From Stegostoma tigrinum (lineage: Eukaryota): a stretch of DNA of 64,000 bases. Location of the stretch: positions 23,787,033 through 23,851,032 of the forward strand of contig NC_081360.1 in NCBI RefSeq assembly GCF_030684315.1, read 5' to 3'. Shown piece by piece: positions 25,101-37,570 of the stretch (its first letter is position 1; every line of letters starts with the position of its first letter). The notes beneath the pieces were generated by a model, which did not search any database, had not been told where the DNA came from, and worked only from the letters and a program-made list of their open reading frames with translations. Both the position numbers and the translations under genes were made by a program.

Positions 25101-25985
25101 CCCAGGATATTGATACCCCTCTGGTTCAGGTGAAGGCCATCCCTTTTGTAGAGGTCCCACCCACCCCAGAATGAGCCCCAATTATCCAGGTATCTGAATC
25201 CCTCCCTCCTGCACTATCCCTGTAGCAATATGTTCAACTGCTCTCTCTACCTATTCCTCACCTCACTAGCACATGGCACGGGTAACAATCCAGAGATAAC
25301 AACTCTGTTTGTTCCAGCTCTAAGCTTCCAACCCAGCTCCCTGAATTTCTGTGTCACAACCCCATCCCTTTTCCTACCTATGTCATTGGTGCCTATGTGG
25401 ATGATGACCTGGGGCTGCTCTCCCTCCCCCTTAAGGATCCCAAAAACATGATCCGAGACACCACAGGCCCTGGCACGTGGGAGGCAACACACCAACCACA
25501 AGTCTCTCTCGATCCCACAGAACCTCCTATCTGTCCCCCTAACTATGAAGTCCCCAATGACTAATGCTCTCCTCCTCTCCCCACTTCCCTTCTGAGCAAC
25601 AGGGACAGACTCTGCGCCAGAGACCTGTACCCCATGGCTTACCCCTGATAAAATCATCCCACCAATAGTATCCAAAACGATATACTTGCTATTGAGGGGA
25701 ACAGCCACAGAGGTTCCCTGCTCTGTCTGCCTGTTCCCTTTCTGTCCCCTAACTGTAACCCATCTACCTTTCTCCTGTACCTGAGGTGTGACTACCTCCC
25801 TGTAACTCCTCTCAATTACCCTCTCAGCGTCCCGAATGCTTCGAAGTTCATCCAGCTCCAGCTCCAGTTCCCTACTGCGGTTTCCGAGAAGCTGGAGTTG
25901 GGTGCACTTCCCGCAGATGAAGTCAGTGGGGTCACTAGTAGTGACCCTTACCTCCCACATTGAGGAGCATGCAACTGCCCTGTGT
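22130..25985 (-). mobile_element. Near full-length CR1 (HER1-type) LINE, frameshifted: ORF1 (Zn-finger + SGNH esterase) and ORF2 (AP endonuclease + RT)
   Basis: ORF1 C.KC and LVIGD.IVRG/HIGTNDIG; endonuclease GVFYRP, G.FNFPNIDW, LDLVL, GDSDH; [30 protein letters not shown]; 3' (TTCTATG)-type tail. Confidence 0.95.
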
Positions 25986-27204
25986 TCCTTCTGATATGGT
26001 CTTTCTCTTTTTCCTCTTCCACTCTCTTATTTTTTTCTTCTTTAAGAAATTATTATGTTAGATTATCCTGTTACTACTTTTTTAAATATAAAATGTTTCC
26101 CATGTGTTGTAACACTCAGAAACTTCTCTGAATCTGTACAATCCTCTCACTGATTGAAATATTCCTTTTAATGCTTTTCCACGAACATTAAGTACAAGAT
26201 ATTAGAGTGCTGATAGTAAATGAGCCCAAGATAATTGTCAATGCTGGCATTGTGGAGAAACAAGATTAATATCAGCAGAGATGCAGTTACTGAACAGCGC
26301 TGTCTCAGCATCTTTAGTTTTTGCGTTCATTTATCTCCCAGACAAAGGGAGAATTTGTAGTGGCTCATTCAGGCTGCGTTCCTAAAGTCATTAGCACTCA
26401 TCTAAACAAGAATATATAAATATGACCAACAAAAATGTGCTGAAAAATAGGCATGACATGACAGTATGACTCACTGGCAGTTTGAAGTTTTAAAAGGAAT
26501 ATTTACAGATGATGAAGCAACCACTGGCAGTTGGTTTAGTTTCATCACTGCCCCAGTAAATACATTTCCACAGATTCCTGTTTTCACCATTCTGGTGAAA
26601 ACCATGTTGACCCACTTAAAATAAGTGGGATTAACAGTTGTGCTCAAATTATAAGACAGAGAATCACACAAATTTTTAAACAGAGCACTTGAAGCTGAAC
26701 CTGAGACAAATCAAGCATTTTTATACATTCCCAGGTTCAGCATCTTTGCCTTTAACTATAAATGTTTCAGACCCTGAGTGACATAAATTCTAAACAGAGG
26801 TAATAATGTCCTTTCTGTACTGTCTGATGGGAGAGTTAGGACATTTCCAGTGATCTTTTGCAAATTTAATGACTAACCATGTGACAACAGATTTCATGTC
26901 TGTCCTCTTTCAGCATGTTAAATGTTAAATATTCAGAAAACATTCTGAATTGTTGTCATTGTACACAAATACATTGAGGAAGTAACAGCGCAATGGCCCT
27001 GTCAGTGATCAGTACGGATAGCACTATAGGAAGGAAGCAAATCCAAAGTAAACAGGCTGGAGGAAATACAGCATTGCGGCTTCAACCTCGTTCCTTCACT
27101 CAATGATGACCATTTTTTCTGCCTCTGTTGGAAAAAGCTTCTCATAAACAGCTTTGCCATGTTACAGGAAATGTCCATACATAATCACTGAAATATTTAT
27201 ATGC

Positions 27205-27690
27205 CTACAAGTTCATAAGTAAAAGATATAGGAATAGGTCATTCGGCCCCTTGAGATTCCTCCAATATTCATTAGGATTGCGACTGATCCAACACTTTCC
27301 TGGCCTTTACATGTAAACCTCTTTTCACTTACTGTTCAATAATCCATCTACCTATCTCAGCCACAATTATACACAAGGATTCTCGTCTCACAACTCTCTG
27401 CGGAAAGAAGTTCCAAAGATTCACAATCTCAGAGGAGAAACGCATCCTCACCTCAGTTTTAAATTGGCACCCCTTTATTCTGAGACTATGCCCTCTGGTC
27501 CTAGACATTCCTATGAGGGAAACATCCTATCAGTATTTACTCTGTTAATCTTACTAAGAATCAATGAGAATACATCTCCTCCTTCTAAATACTCTAGTGA
27601 GTAGTGTCCTAAACTGTTTAACTTTAGCTCATAAGTCAATTCACCCATTCCAGCAATCATCAGAGCAAACCTTCCCTGAGCTGCCTCTTA
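27205..27690 (-). mobile_element. Decayed CR1 3' fragment
   Basis: ataggaataggtcattcggcccc tail and ccctctggtcctagac region typical of the CR1 copies here. Confidence 0.65.
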
Positions 27691-27839
27691 CAAAACAGAC
27701 TAAATGTCTTAGTAATTCAAATCAATTAACAAATAATCCAAGAAAGCAGGAATTTATTGCCTGTAATAATTGGGTTTACTTACTGTCTTAAGTTAAGAAT
27801 TGATGATATTGCATATTGCATGACAATGTATGCCCATTT

Positions 27840-29145
27840 AGAAAAAATGGACTAGTTAGTGTTAGGCAGCTGGTTTTGTATGGGGAAGGTCATATCTCAC
27901 AAACCTGATTGAATTTTTTGAAGAGGTAACAAGGATAATTGATGAGGGAATGGCAGTGGATGTAGTTTATATGGACTTTGGTAAGGCATTTGATAAAATC
28001 CCACATGGCAGGTTGATATAACAGCTGAAATCATGAGGGATTCAGGGTGGCCTGGCTAGATGGATAGAAAACTGGCTTTGTCACAGAAGACAGGGTAGTG
28101 GTGGAAGGATGTTTTTTCAGAATGGAGAACTGTAACTAATGGTATTCCACTGGGGTCAGTCTTAGGTTCTTTGTTGTTTATATATAAATGATTTGGAGGA
28201 AAATGTGGGTGTCCTGAAAAGCAAGTTTGCTGATGACACGAAGGTTGGTGGAGTTGCTGATAGTGCCAATGATTGTGAAAGTATACAACTGGATATAGAT
28301 AGACTGGAGACTTGGGAGCAGAAATGGCAGATGGAGTTTAATCCAGACAAACACAAGGTGATGCATTTTGGAGGATCAAACTTAGGTGTGAATTATACTG
28401 TAAATGGCAGAACTCTTAGGAACATTAATATTCAGATGGATCTGGGCCACTGTAGGTCCACAGTTCCCTGAAATTGGCAACGTAGGTAGCCAAGGTGATT
28501 AAGACGGCATATGGCATGCTTGCCTTCATTGGCCAGGGCATGCAGTACAAGAGTTGGCAAAGCATGTTGCAGTTATATAAACCCTTGTTAGACCGCATTT
28601 GGAGTACTGTGTGCAGTTTTGGTTGCCACACTACCTGAAGCTTTGGAGGAAGCACAGAGAAGATTCACCAGGATGTTGCCTGGTCTCCAGGGCATTGACT
28701 ATGTGGAAAGATTAAAAAGACTAGGATTGTTTTCACTGGAAAGGCAGCGGCAGAGAGGGGACCTAATAGAAGTCTACAAAATTATGACAGACATGAATAG
28801 GGTAGATAGTCATAGGCTTTTTCCCGATGTCGAAGTTTCAATTACAAGGGGGCACAGGTTCAAGGTGAGAGGGGGAAAGTTTAAGGGAGATGTGCGAGGA
28901 AGGCTTTTCACACAGAGAGTGGTAGCATTTTGGAATGCACTAACAGAAGAGATGATGGAAGCAGGCACATTGAAGACATTGAAGAGGCAACTAGATGGTT
29001 CATGAATAGAGAGGGAATAGAGCGATACAGATCAAACAAAATGGCTGGGGGGGGTTTGTTCTTAGATTAATTAGGACATGATGGTTTTGCACAGACTTGG
29101 AGGGCCAAAGGGCCTATTCCTGTGCTGTACTTTTTCATTTGTTCA
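27840..29145 (+). mobile_element. CR1 LINE 3' portion (RT), decayed
   Basis: SKFADDTKVGG, WQMEFNPDK, QRRFTRMLPGL, TRGH.FK, FTQRVV..WNAL; 3' tail gagggccaaagggcc. Confidence 0.9.
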
Positions 29146-30772
29146 TTTTATAAAGTAAACAGAATTAGAAACAGAGTCAGATTTTTCATCTTGACTACAG
29201 AATTCCAGGAATGTCTGCTTCACTTATAATCTAACTTCCATTGGGATGCTCTCAATTATCAGCCAAGACATCAAAAAAAACATGTGGAATCTGTGGAGAA
29301 GTGTCAAAAGCCCTCATCATGTTTTTAATCTGGGGTTTCAGGCATGATTAGGTTGTGTGATCCGGAGAACCATGGGTACATTCATGCTTATTGTTGAACA
29401 AGGCCATTCAGGAAACATTCTCTCAACACTTACCCGGTGGTATTAAATGCGTTCTCCGTCAGGTGGGTCAGGGAAGTGCTGCTGGTGCTCTGATTCCCTA
29501 CAGTAATGCAGAATAGCATGGAGAAGGTGCCAGGAATGAAGGGCAGCAGGGAAGAGAAAGGGTGGGAAGGAATTTAGGAGGTTGTTACACCAATTTGGTA
29601 TTACATTAGGAGCAGCAAAAATATTCACAATTTGATCAAGGGAAATCTACACAAACATCGTAAGGTATAATCTGCTGTATCCCCCATAAAGTAATGCGGA
29701 CGATCATTAATACTGATGAAGGGTTGGGTAAGGAGTAACAATTGGGATTGAATAGTGTATAGACAATTACTATGTAAGACTAGGATATCTACTTCTTGAG
29801 CCACCGGGGAGACATTGTTTCCTACTTTTTTTTTGAGCTTCACATATATTTTCATATTTAGTTCTTATACTATGAGGAGTGAAGAGAGAAATTGCAATTC
29901 AATAATGTACAGATTGTGTAATCTACTGAGTTCCCAAGATCAATTGCCTTGTTGAGTTCCATCTCTCATTTGAGCCATTTTTGTAGGCGGCCTATTTAAC
30001 AGCAAAGGTTTTACACTTTACATGTCTGTGTTGATAAAGTAATTTACTCTATTTTATAGACTTTGTCATTCCTTAACCAGAGTAGCTGAAACTCTCAAAT
30101 TCTTTAACTTCACTTCAATCTTTGTTATTTTAAGCAGTCTCAGTAACATTTTAACTAAGCCACTCCACACACTGCAGGCATTCAGCCATTGTCAAATGGA
30201 ACGAATCCACAATGAAAGCATTCATTACTGGGATGAAGCTGTTTGTTACCAGTACAATTTGCTCTGCCTGGTCAGTAGCACCATCACTATTCTGAATCTT
30301 CAAGACTAGTATTACTTGGTTTATGATAGTTCATCACAAATGGCATTTTGAGCCACATCTAAAACACAATTGACTATTCCCCACGCATTTCTGGAGTTCA
30401 TTTTTTTATTACCCCTGATTCCTGCCAACTGTTCTATTTGCCAATTGTATCTCTTTTTAGTTATGATTCTCCTTTCATATTGATACTTCTGGTTTATATC
30501 TGATCAGTCCCACATTGCTACTGCCATTGATTCCCCTATTCTTTGTACTCACTACTGAACATCCCATTTGAGCCATGAAAGCTCCCGGAATAAATGTCTC
30601 CCAGATTTTTATTTGTTTGTTAAGACTTTAGCTACTTGTCCCAGCGCACACGCAATAGGCTGAAGAGCCCTTTTCTGTGTTGTAAACCTTTATGACTCTG
30701 TACTCCAGTCAGAGAGATTTCATTGGTGTGTAAATCAGGAACAAAAGTTAACTCTGTTTGCTCCTCCACAGA

Positions 30773-31778
30773 TGCTGCCAGACCTGCTGAGCTTTTCCAG
30801 CAACTTTGTTTTTGTTTCATAGGTGTGTGTCTGGTCAATGCTAACAGTCTCGACAGACTTCAGATACAAATACAGCTCCCAGTGAAAGCAACTCGAAGGC
30901 CACATCAATGGAGTGGAAAAAGTGACAGGTTGTACATAATGCCACATTTATGTATGGAATTATGTGAATTCTTGAAGTATGCATCTATGATGTTTGGACT
31001 ATTTAAAGTGAAATGTACTTTTGGTTTGAAACATCATTTGAGTCAATGTTTGAATTATGTTGATTTTCGTTGATTTGTTACAGTAAAGAGAAAGGAATAA
31101 TTGAAGACAAAATAACAGAAATGGAAACCAGCTAAATTTCTAACCAACATAACATTGGAGGTGGTGTTGGCTGGGAACACGTGAGGTTTGGTAATGAATT
31201 TTAGGATATGTGAGAAGATATGAACATTGTGGTAAACAGCACAGCAGTGTAGAATTCCTTTGACAATGAAGCATGTGAAGTAAAGGACGACAGATAATTT
31301 TTGAAGACCAAGCCTTAAATTAATTTTAACATTTAAATTAACATTTCTGGCTTTTCCTGCTAGCTGTGATGATGTTTTTAATGGTTAACACCTTTTTTTT
31401 TTAATCTTTAAACACTTCTAATATTTATGTGTCCTAGCTGATTAGTTACACTTGTTTCTCAATCAAACCAGTATTCCCAACCAGATACTTTTGCAACATC
31501 TTGTTGACCTCAATTGGAAGCAATAATGTGGATCACAATTCAAAGTCTCCACTCAACTTTCTTCCTCTTGCTTTTTATCTTTGCAAACATTGCTCCCATA
31601 CAGAACACAAACTGATGAAGACTCGCAAACTGGTTGACACCAGTTGCTGCCAGACCTGCTGAGCTTTTCCAGCAACTTTGTTTTTGTTTCATAGGGGTGT
31701 GTCTGGTCAATGTTAACAGTCTCAACAGACCTCAGACAGAAATACAGCTCCCAGTGAAAGCAACTCTAAGGCCACATC
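30773..31778. repeat. 134-bp direct repeats (30773-30906 and 31645-31778) flanking 738 bp of unique sequence
   Basis: Direct comparison gives 7 mismatches in 134 bp and no indels. Confidence 0.9.
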
Positions 31779-31779
31779 T

Positions 31780-32900
31780 CACTTACACTGTTGATGACCT
31801 GTTCAATCCATAAGCGTACTCATCTTTCAACTCAGTCTCTACATGGAGCCACTCTCTTGAAGAAGGTCCTGTAGGAATCATGCTCTGGATCAAAGTTGTC
31901 ACTATCAAGTTCCTTGTGACATACCCCACCTGCTGAATGGCAGTCTTTGACCTACCACAGTGAGAGCACTTCTTGCTTATAACAGGTCCAGGTCAAGCCA
32001 TGATCACTGCACAGACAACAGACACTGCTGGGGCTCCCAGTACAAACTCCTTATGCATTTGTGGAGAGACACAAACGCTGCTAAACCATACCCAAATGTG
32101 TCCCCCCACGCACATACCAATCACTGTAAATTTTGCAAATGAATATGCTACTGCTTGACTTTGGCGACTGGTAGTCACTAAATAAAATTATCATGGGGCA
32201 CAATCTTGTTGGTGAGCACTGAAAGCCATCACTATAGTTGCATTCTCAACCTGTTGATCATTTGCACCATGATGGATGACCATATGACTGATTGTAGCAT
32301 CCCTGTGTCTCATCAGCAGTTTCCGCATCACAATCAAGCTTGAAGGTGTTGTCCCTAGGCTCCAACAAGACAGTGCTTAACATCTATAACTTCTTTGCAA
32401 AGGAAATCTCTGCCTCATTGGAGTGAGGGATCAAAACAACACCCAGAGAAGATTATATTGAATCTTATCTGGTGGTTGCACACCAACTCTATATTGATAG
32501 AGCAAAATTCCCCATGGCTGACGAAACATGATTGATCTGGCATTGATCCTCAGCTTGCTGTGGATATCTAATTGATGGCAATCTGTATCCATGGAAAGCA
32601 AGAGAGAATTAGCATTTAATTTGGCTATTGTTGCCACAAGAGATCTTGACATAAGTCACCACCCTGGTGAACAACCATCCCTGGCCTGCAGAATACATTT
32701 GTCAGCACTTGACTGTGAAGATCTTGAGGTGTTGCTCGGTAGTGCACTCGAGGGAGCCAGAGATAAAAAAAATTTGAGGCAATGGGCAAAGCACGACCAT
32801 TGGGTTCAGCAGGGAAGAGTTCTTCTTAAATGTCTGGGATTGATAATCTGCATATACATTAAAGGAAGGTGAGTCTTTCTCCTGTGACCTCTGCTGCCTC
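31780..32900 (-). mobile_element. Highly decayed RTE-clade LINE fragment
   Basis: Minus-strand remnants resembling GVKQGCVLAPTL (32425-32490) and the W.D.V.N.EVL / GHV.R motifs. Confidence 0.45.
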
Positions 32901-33014
32901 ATTTGCAGCTTTCTCACTATTTACAGTCCCAAGATTTGTTTTGTGTATTTCATCCTTCTGTATTTTCAAAAACCATTATACAGTGACATTTCTGCCAGGG
33001 ATGGTAATTGATCT

Positions 33015-33152
33015 AAGAAGCAGGAAAGCTGACACTTCGGGCCTAGACCCAAAACGTCAGCTTTCCTGCTCCTAAAATGCTGCTTGGCCTGATGTGTTCA
33101 TCCAGCTCCACATCTTGTTATCATGGATTCTCCAGCAGTTCCTATTATCTCC
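33015..33152 (+). mobile_element. Penelope-derived fold-back mini-element (family A)
   Basis: Inverted repeat gcaggaaagctgac...gtcagctttcctgc plus the body gctgcttggcctg..gtgttcatccagctc. Confidence 0.7.
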
Positions 33153-33922
33153 TATCTATGGTCATTGATTACTTGTCCTACAAATATAAAAATTTTTGGC
33201 TGGCCCCGAATATTATTTCCATTTGAAAACCTCCAAAACGTCTTGATAAGAACTTCAAAAATAATTGCTAAAAGAAACCAAGGTGATGAATTTCCACGTG
33301 AGATATTTTAAATTGACAATCTTATTACACACCTCCAAAACAGGTGGTATTTTGGACTCAGGCTTTCTGGTTCAGAGGTAAGGACGCCACTATTGTGTCA
33401 CAATCGCCCATTGAGATTGCGACGTAAGCATTAATTTTTAATGAAGAATCTGCATTTGAAACACTCTTGTGAAACACTGCTCAATTTCTATTTCCTCCAC
33501 TTCACTAGCAGATTCCTAGAGCTCTAGGAAATACTTTCTGGATTTGTTTAACTCAAGTCTCTATTGAAATCATTTAAAAATGTGTATCATGACTGGGGAA
33601 ATGATCGTTCAGTTTTTGGCAAGCCAATTATTTCTTCTGAAGAGTACGAAGATAAGAATCTTAAAGTTCAAACCTTCCTATCTGTCATTAGGGTTTAAAT
33701 TATCCCCATTGTCTCTTATTCCTACCTTCTCATGCAACCGAAAGAAATATTGAATTTTCTGGAAAAGTTTTGCTTAGAAAATCCATCCATTTTGGGTCAA
33801 AATGAGAAGTGAAAATAACTGCAATTTTAGAATCTATGAAGTGCTTGATTAAAAAAAAAGTGAGTAACAAATATATTGGAACCAGTAAATGTGTGATTAT
33901 TGTTTTTCTTTTCAAGGCCTAC

Positions 33923-33955
33923 CTGTAGTGTTATTTCTTTCTTCTTTCCAGCCAT
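33923..33955 (-). CDS. NME9: NME9/NME8-like coding exon 1 (MAGKKKEITLQ)
   Basis: ATG at 33955-33953; donor CAG|GTAGGC; acceptor ttttctaatcag 11 nt upstream of the ATG (exon starts 33966); resembles the NME8/9 N-terminus MxxKKKExxLQ. Confidence 0.85.
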
Positions 33956-34219
33956 GGGGATGTTTCCTGATTAGAAAACAAATTGACAATCACATTAGCA
34001 AGACTCAATCTATCTTCACAGTCTTGATCCACAGCAGTAGTTATCCAGAATGGCTGTTCACTGGGCTTAGAAACTAATGTCTAAGTATTTAAATACCTCC
34101 AGTTTAACTTGCTTAGATTGGAGTTCTTTTCATGTTTTCAGATGTGTAATCTTAAAATTATTTTTGTAGTTGGAGGACAAGGCAGCGCCATAAGTCAGGC
34201 CATTGTCATTTTGCTTCTG

Positions 34220-34350
34220 AGGCAGTAGGAGCTGCAGATGCTGAAGAATCTGAAATAACAAAAATTTTCCTGAAGGAGGGTGTAGGCCCAAAACATCAGC
34301 CTTCGTGCTCCTCTGATGCTGCTTGGCCTGTTATGTTCATTCACCTCCAC
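34220..34350. mobile_element. Penelope-derived mini-element (family A) with 17-bp TSD
   Basis: TSD ttgtcattttgcttctg at 34203-34219 and 34351-34367; degenerate core ctgaaggagggtgtaggcccaaaac. Confidence 0.8.
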
Positions 34351-34374
34351 TTGTCATTTTGCTTCTGTTGTCTG

Positions 34375-35368
34375 AACATAGAACATAGAACATTACAGCA
34401 CAGTACAGGCCCTTCGGCCCTCGATGTTGTGCCGACCTGTCATACCGATCTCAAGCCCATCTAACCTACACTATTCCATGTACGCCCATATGCTTAACCA
34501 ATGACGACTTAAATGTACCTAAAGTTGGTGAATCTACTACCGTCGCAGGCAAAGCGTTCCATTCCCCTACTACTCTCTGAGTAAAGAAACTACCTCTGAC
34601 ATCTGTCCTATATCTTTCACCCCTTAATTTAAAGCTATGCCCCCTCGTGCTCGCCGTCACCATCCTAGGAAAAAGGCTCTCCCTATCCACCCTATCTAAC
34701 CCTCTGATGATTTGATATGTTTCAATTAAGTCACCTCTCAACCTTCTTCTCTCTAATGAAAACAGCCTCAAGTCCCTCAGCCTTTCCTCGTAAGACCTTC
34801 CCTCCATACCAGGCAACATCCTATTAAATCTCCTCTGCACCCTTTCCAAAGCTTCCACATCATTCTTATAATGCGGTGACCAGAACTGTACGCAATACTC
34901 CAAGTGCGGCCGCACCAGAGTTTTGTATAGCTTCACCATAACCTCTTGGTTCCGGAACTCGATCCCTCTATTAATAAAAGCTAAAACACTGTATGCCTTC
35001 TTAACAGACCTGTCAACCTGGGTGGCAACTTTCAAGGATCTGTGTACATGGACACCGAGATCTCTCTGCTCATCTACACTAATAAGAATCTTACCATTGG
35101 CCCTGTACTTTGCCTTCCGGTTACTCCTACCAAAGTGCATCACCTCACACTTGTCTGCATTAAACTCCATTTGCCACCTCTCAGCCCAGCTCTGCAGCTT
35201 ATCTATGTCTCTCTGCAACCTACAGCATCCTTTGTCACTATCCACAACTCCACCGACCTTAGTGTCGTCTGCAAATTTACTAACCCATCCTTCTACGCCC
35301 TCATCCAGGTCATTTATAAAAATGACAAACACCAGTGGGCCCAACACCGACCCTTGCGGTACACCACT
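34375..35368 (-). mobile_element. Young 5'-truncated CR1 LINE with uninterrupted RT C-terminal ORF (34466-35347)
   Basis: 293-aa open frame LGP...SKFADDTKVGG...YCVQFWSPHY...WNALP; CpGs retained; (TTCTATG)n tail. Confidence 0.95.
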
Positions 35369-35441
35369 GAGGTCAATTCTGGACAGCTGGGATGTAAACT
35401 TCCACCTGTATCTACTATAAAGAATAAAATGTTTTGGATAT

Positions 35442-37570
35442 TGAAATAACTGCGCAGAGGCTAATATCCTACCACCAAGTCACCCTTTATTTACATGTAC
35501 ACTGGCTGTGGCCAGCCAGCTCGGAGTCAGTCCCTGAAGTCAGCAGACTCTGAGTTAACACAGAAATGGGACCCAGAAGGTCAGCTTTTGTGCTCCTCTG
35601 ATGCTGCCTGGCCTGCTGTGCTCCTCCAGCTCCACACTATGTAATCTCTGACTCCAGCATCTGCAGTTCTTACTATCACTGAGATGCTCTGAGTGCCTTG
35701 TTTATAATCTGTCGGACAAGGCTCCCTCAGTGGCCCATCCTCTTCTTCCAGCAGTACTGGTATCGAGACTACATACATCTCGGACTGTGGGGTTTCCTCA
35801 ACACAAGATGCGGGGGGGGGGGGGGGGGGGGGCGGCGGTGAAGCTACAGTTCCTGACATGCCTTCTGGCTGGGCTGAGGGTCCGGGTATGTTTTGCTCCT
35901 GCCCCGTTTGCGAGGTAACAGCTTTCAGGTGATCCCTACATTTGCTCAGGTCCACCTCACCTACCTGAACTTTCTATGTCATGGGACCTGACCTCACATT
36001 GATCTTGCCTTATACCCTGGCCAGGCTATTTCCATGGCTCTGGCATCAAACTTCTTCCCCTGAGTTAAACTGTCTGTCTCACTCAGAGGAAGCATTTGTC
36101 CAGCATTGATGGTCCTGATGCCATTTAACACCCCCCACCTGGTCCAGAATATCAGGTTTAACCTGGTGCGGAGTTTTCTGTTCATTAGCAACTCTGCTGA
36201 ACCTATCCCTGCATTTGTGTGAGGGTTGGTTCAATAATTGAACAGGAACTGGGACATCTTGGAATGTAGTGAAGCTGTAGGCTGTTTTTTTAAGCCTGTC
36301 TTCAATGTTTGGACCACTCTTTACGCCAGTCCATTGAATGATGGATGGTATGGAGCTGTCCAAACATGCCAAAGGCTATTGAACTTTAGGAAATACTTGA
36401 ATTCCCTACAAGTAAGTGATGTCCCATTGTCCGTGACTAATATTTCCATGAGTCCGTGTATGGCGAACGAAGCTCGCAGCTCTTCAAATGCCTTCCCAGA
36501 GTTTGCTGAATTAACTCTGTGCATGTCCATCCACTTTGAACGGACATCCACAACGACCAGGAACATTGAGTCAGTGAAAGGACTGGCATAATTGGCATCT
36601 AACCGAGTCCAGGGTTGACTCAGCCACTCCCACGATGGTGGGGGCACTGCCAATGGCAATTTTTGTCCCTGTTGGCGTTCTGGGCACTGCCCCACCAAGG
36701 GCAGCTAAGTCTGCGTACAATGCTGGCCACCAGACATAACTTCTTGTTCAACATCTTCATTTTGGAAACCCCGAATGACCCTGATGGAGTCAGCCGGTAT
36801 CTGGCAGCGACCTTTACTCTGGACAATCACTCTTGCTCACCACAATAATATGCCGTCCTCTATTGTGATCTGATCTCGCCAGGTCCAGAAAGGTTTCAGT
36901 TCTGGATGTAATGGCTCTTTTGTTTCCCCCTTTGCCACCTACGTTTTAGCTTGGCCAGGATGTGTTCGTTTTGCATCCACAGGTGAATATTGTCTGCGAT
37001 GGACGGAATTGTGTCCAGAAAGTTGGAAACCAGAAGGGATTCTTCCAGGGAAGGCACCACCGGTGGAGTATCTGACTGTGGGAGGCCGCTCAAGGCATCT
37101 ACGTAAGCCAGCTGGCCTCCGGGACTTTGTTCCAAATTGTAGGCATGGAGATAAGGGCCCAATGCTGAAATTGACCAAAAGTTATGGGTAGCACAGCCCT
37201 ATCTTCTTTCAGTAACCCTAGCAGAGTCTTGTCCCCTGTAATGACAAATTCACATCTGTGAAGGTATTGGTGGAACTTTCTCACCCAAAGATGTCTGCCA
37301 AACCTTCTTTCTCTATCTCTATCTGGTATTTGCATTTGGCATGAGCCAAAGTCTGGGAAGCATACGCTATTGGGGTTTCCTGTTCGTTCAGCCACCGGTG
37401 AGCCAACACTACCCCAATACCGTATGGGGAGGCTTTGTATGTCAGCACCACTGCTCCCTTCAGATCATTGTGGACAACAATAGCTGTCTTCACTTCCCTA
37501 AAGGCTACTTAGCTACGTGACTATTTCCAAGGCTGACCCTTTTTCAATAGCAGTGTAAGGGTTCCAAGAT
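35442..37570 (-). mobile_element. Decayed Gypsy/Ty3 LTR retrotransposon: RNase H, integrase and 3' LTR (35442-35773, interrupted by a Penelope mini-element at ~35556-35680)
   Basis: ASPYGIGVVLAH, PIAYASQTL, RNase H remnants; integrase W..LDANYA.PF...FLVVVD..SKW, VTDNGT, TAPYHPS.NGLA; LTR TGTAGT...TTATTTCA on the minus strand; many frameshifts; 5' part absent. Confidence 0.9.
35812..35832. repeat. Poly-G run
   Basis: About 21 consecutive G inside the Gypsy 3' region. Confidence 0.9.

Larger units (their letters stand above)
326..33955 (-). other. NME9: Gene span (coding part visible in window): thioredoxin-domain + NDP-kinase-domain protein, NME9/NME8 (TXNDC6/TXNDC3) family; 3' end lies outside the window
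   Basis: Ten exons splice in frame with GT-AG sites: MAGKKKEITLQ/MTILNQEQWDDMLAITGLT/VVDVYQAWCGPCK.../AEADIIDSLQKYRGRCEPTFLFYG/GGQLVAVVRGANAPLL.../IKDEGLSEEEE.../VTTNKSCTVAIIKPDAVAHG.../IREAGFEIL.../SHFEELIQFMSSGPC.../SLRALYGTEHVFNAVHGSD... NME8 vs NME9 naming cannot be settled without a phylogeny. Confidence 0.88.

Noticed and set aside
29370-29850. Possible further Penelope/GIY-YIG remnant
   Set aside because: Too decayed for a motif to be read with confidence.
30773-31778. Interpretation as a small LTR element (TRIM) or CRISPR-like repeat-spacer unit
   Set aside because: No TG..CA ends, PBS or PPT; only two repeat units, built from pre-existing TE and flank sequence; eukaryotic context with no cas genes.
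34923-35449. Plus-strand ORFs of 165 and 135 aa
   Set aside because: Antisense shadows of the CR1 RT frame; no independent gene signals.
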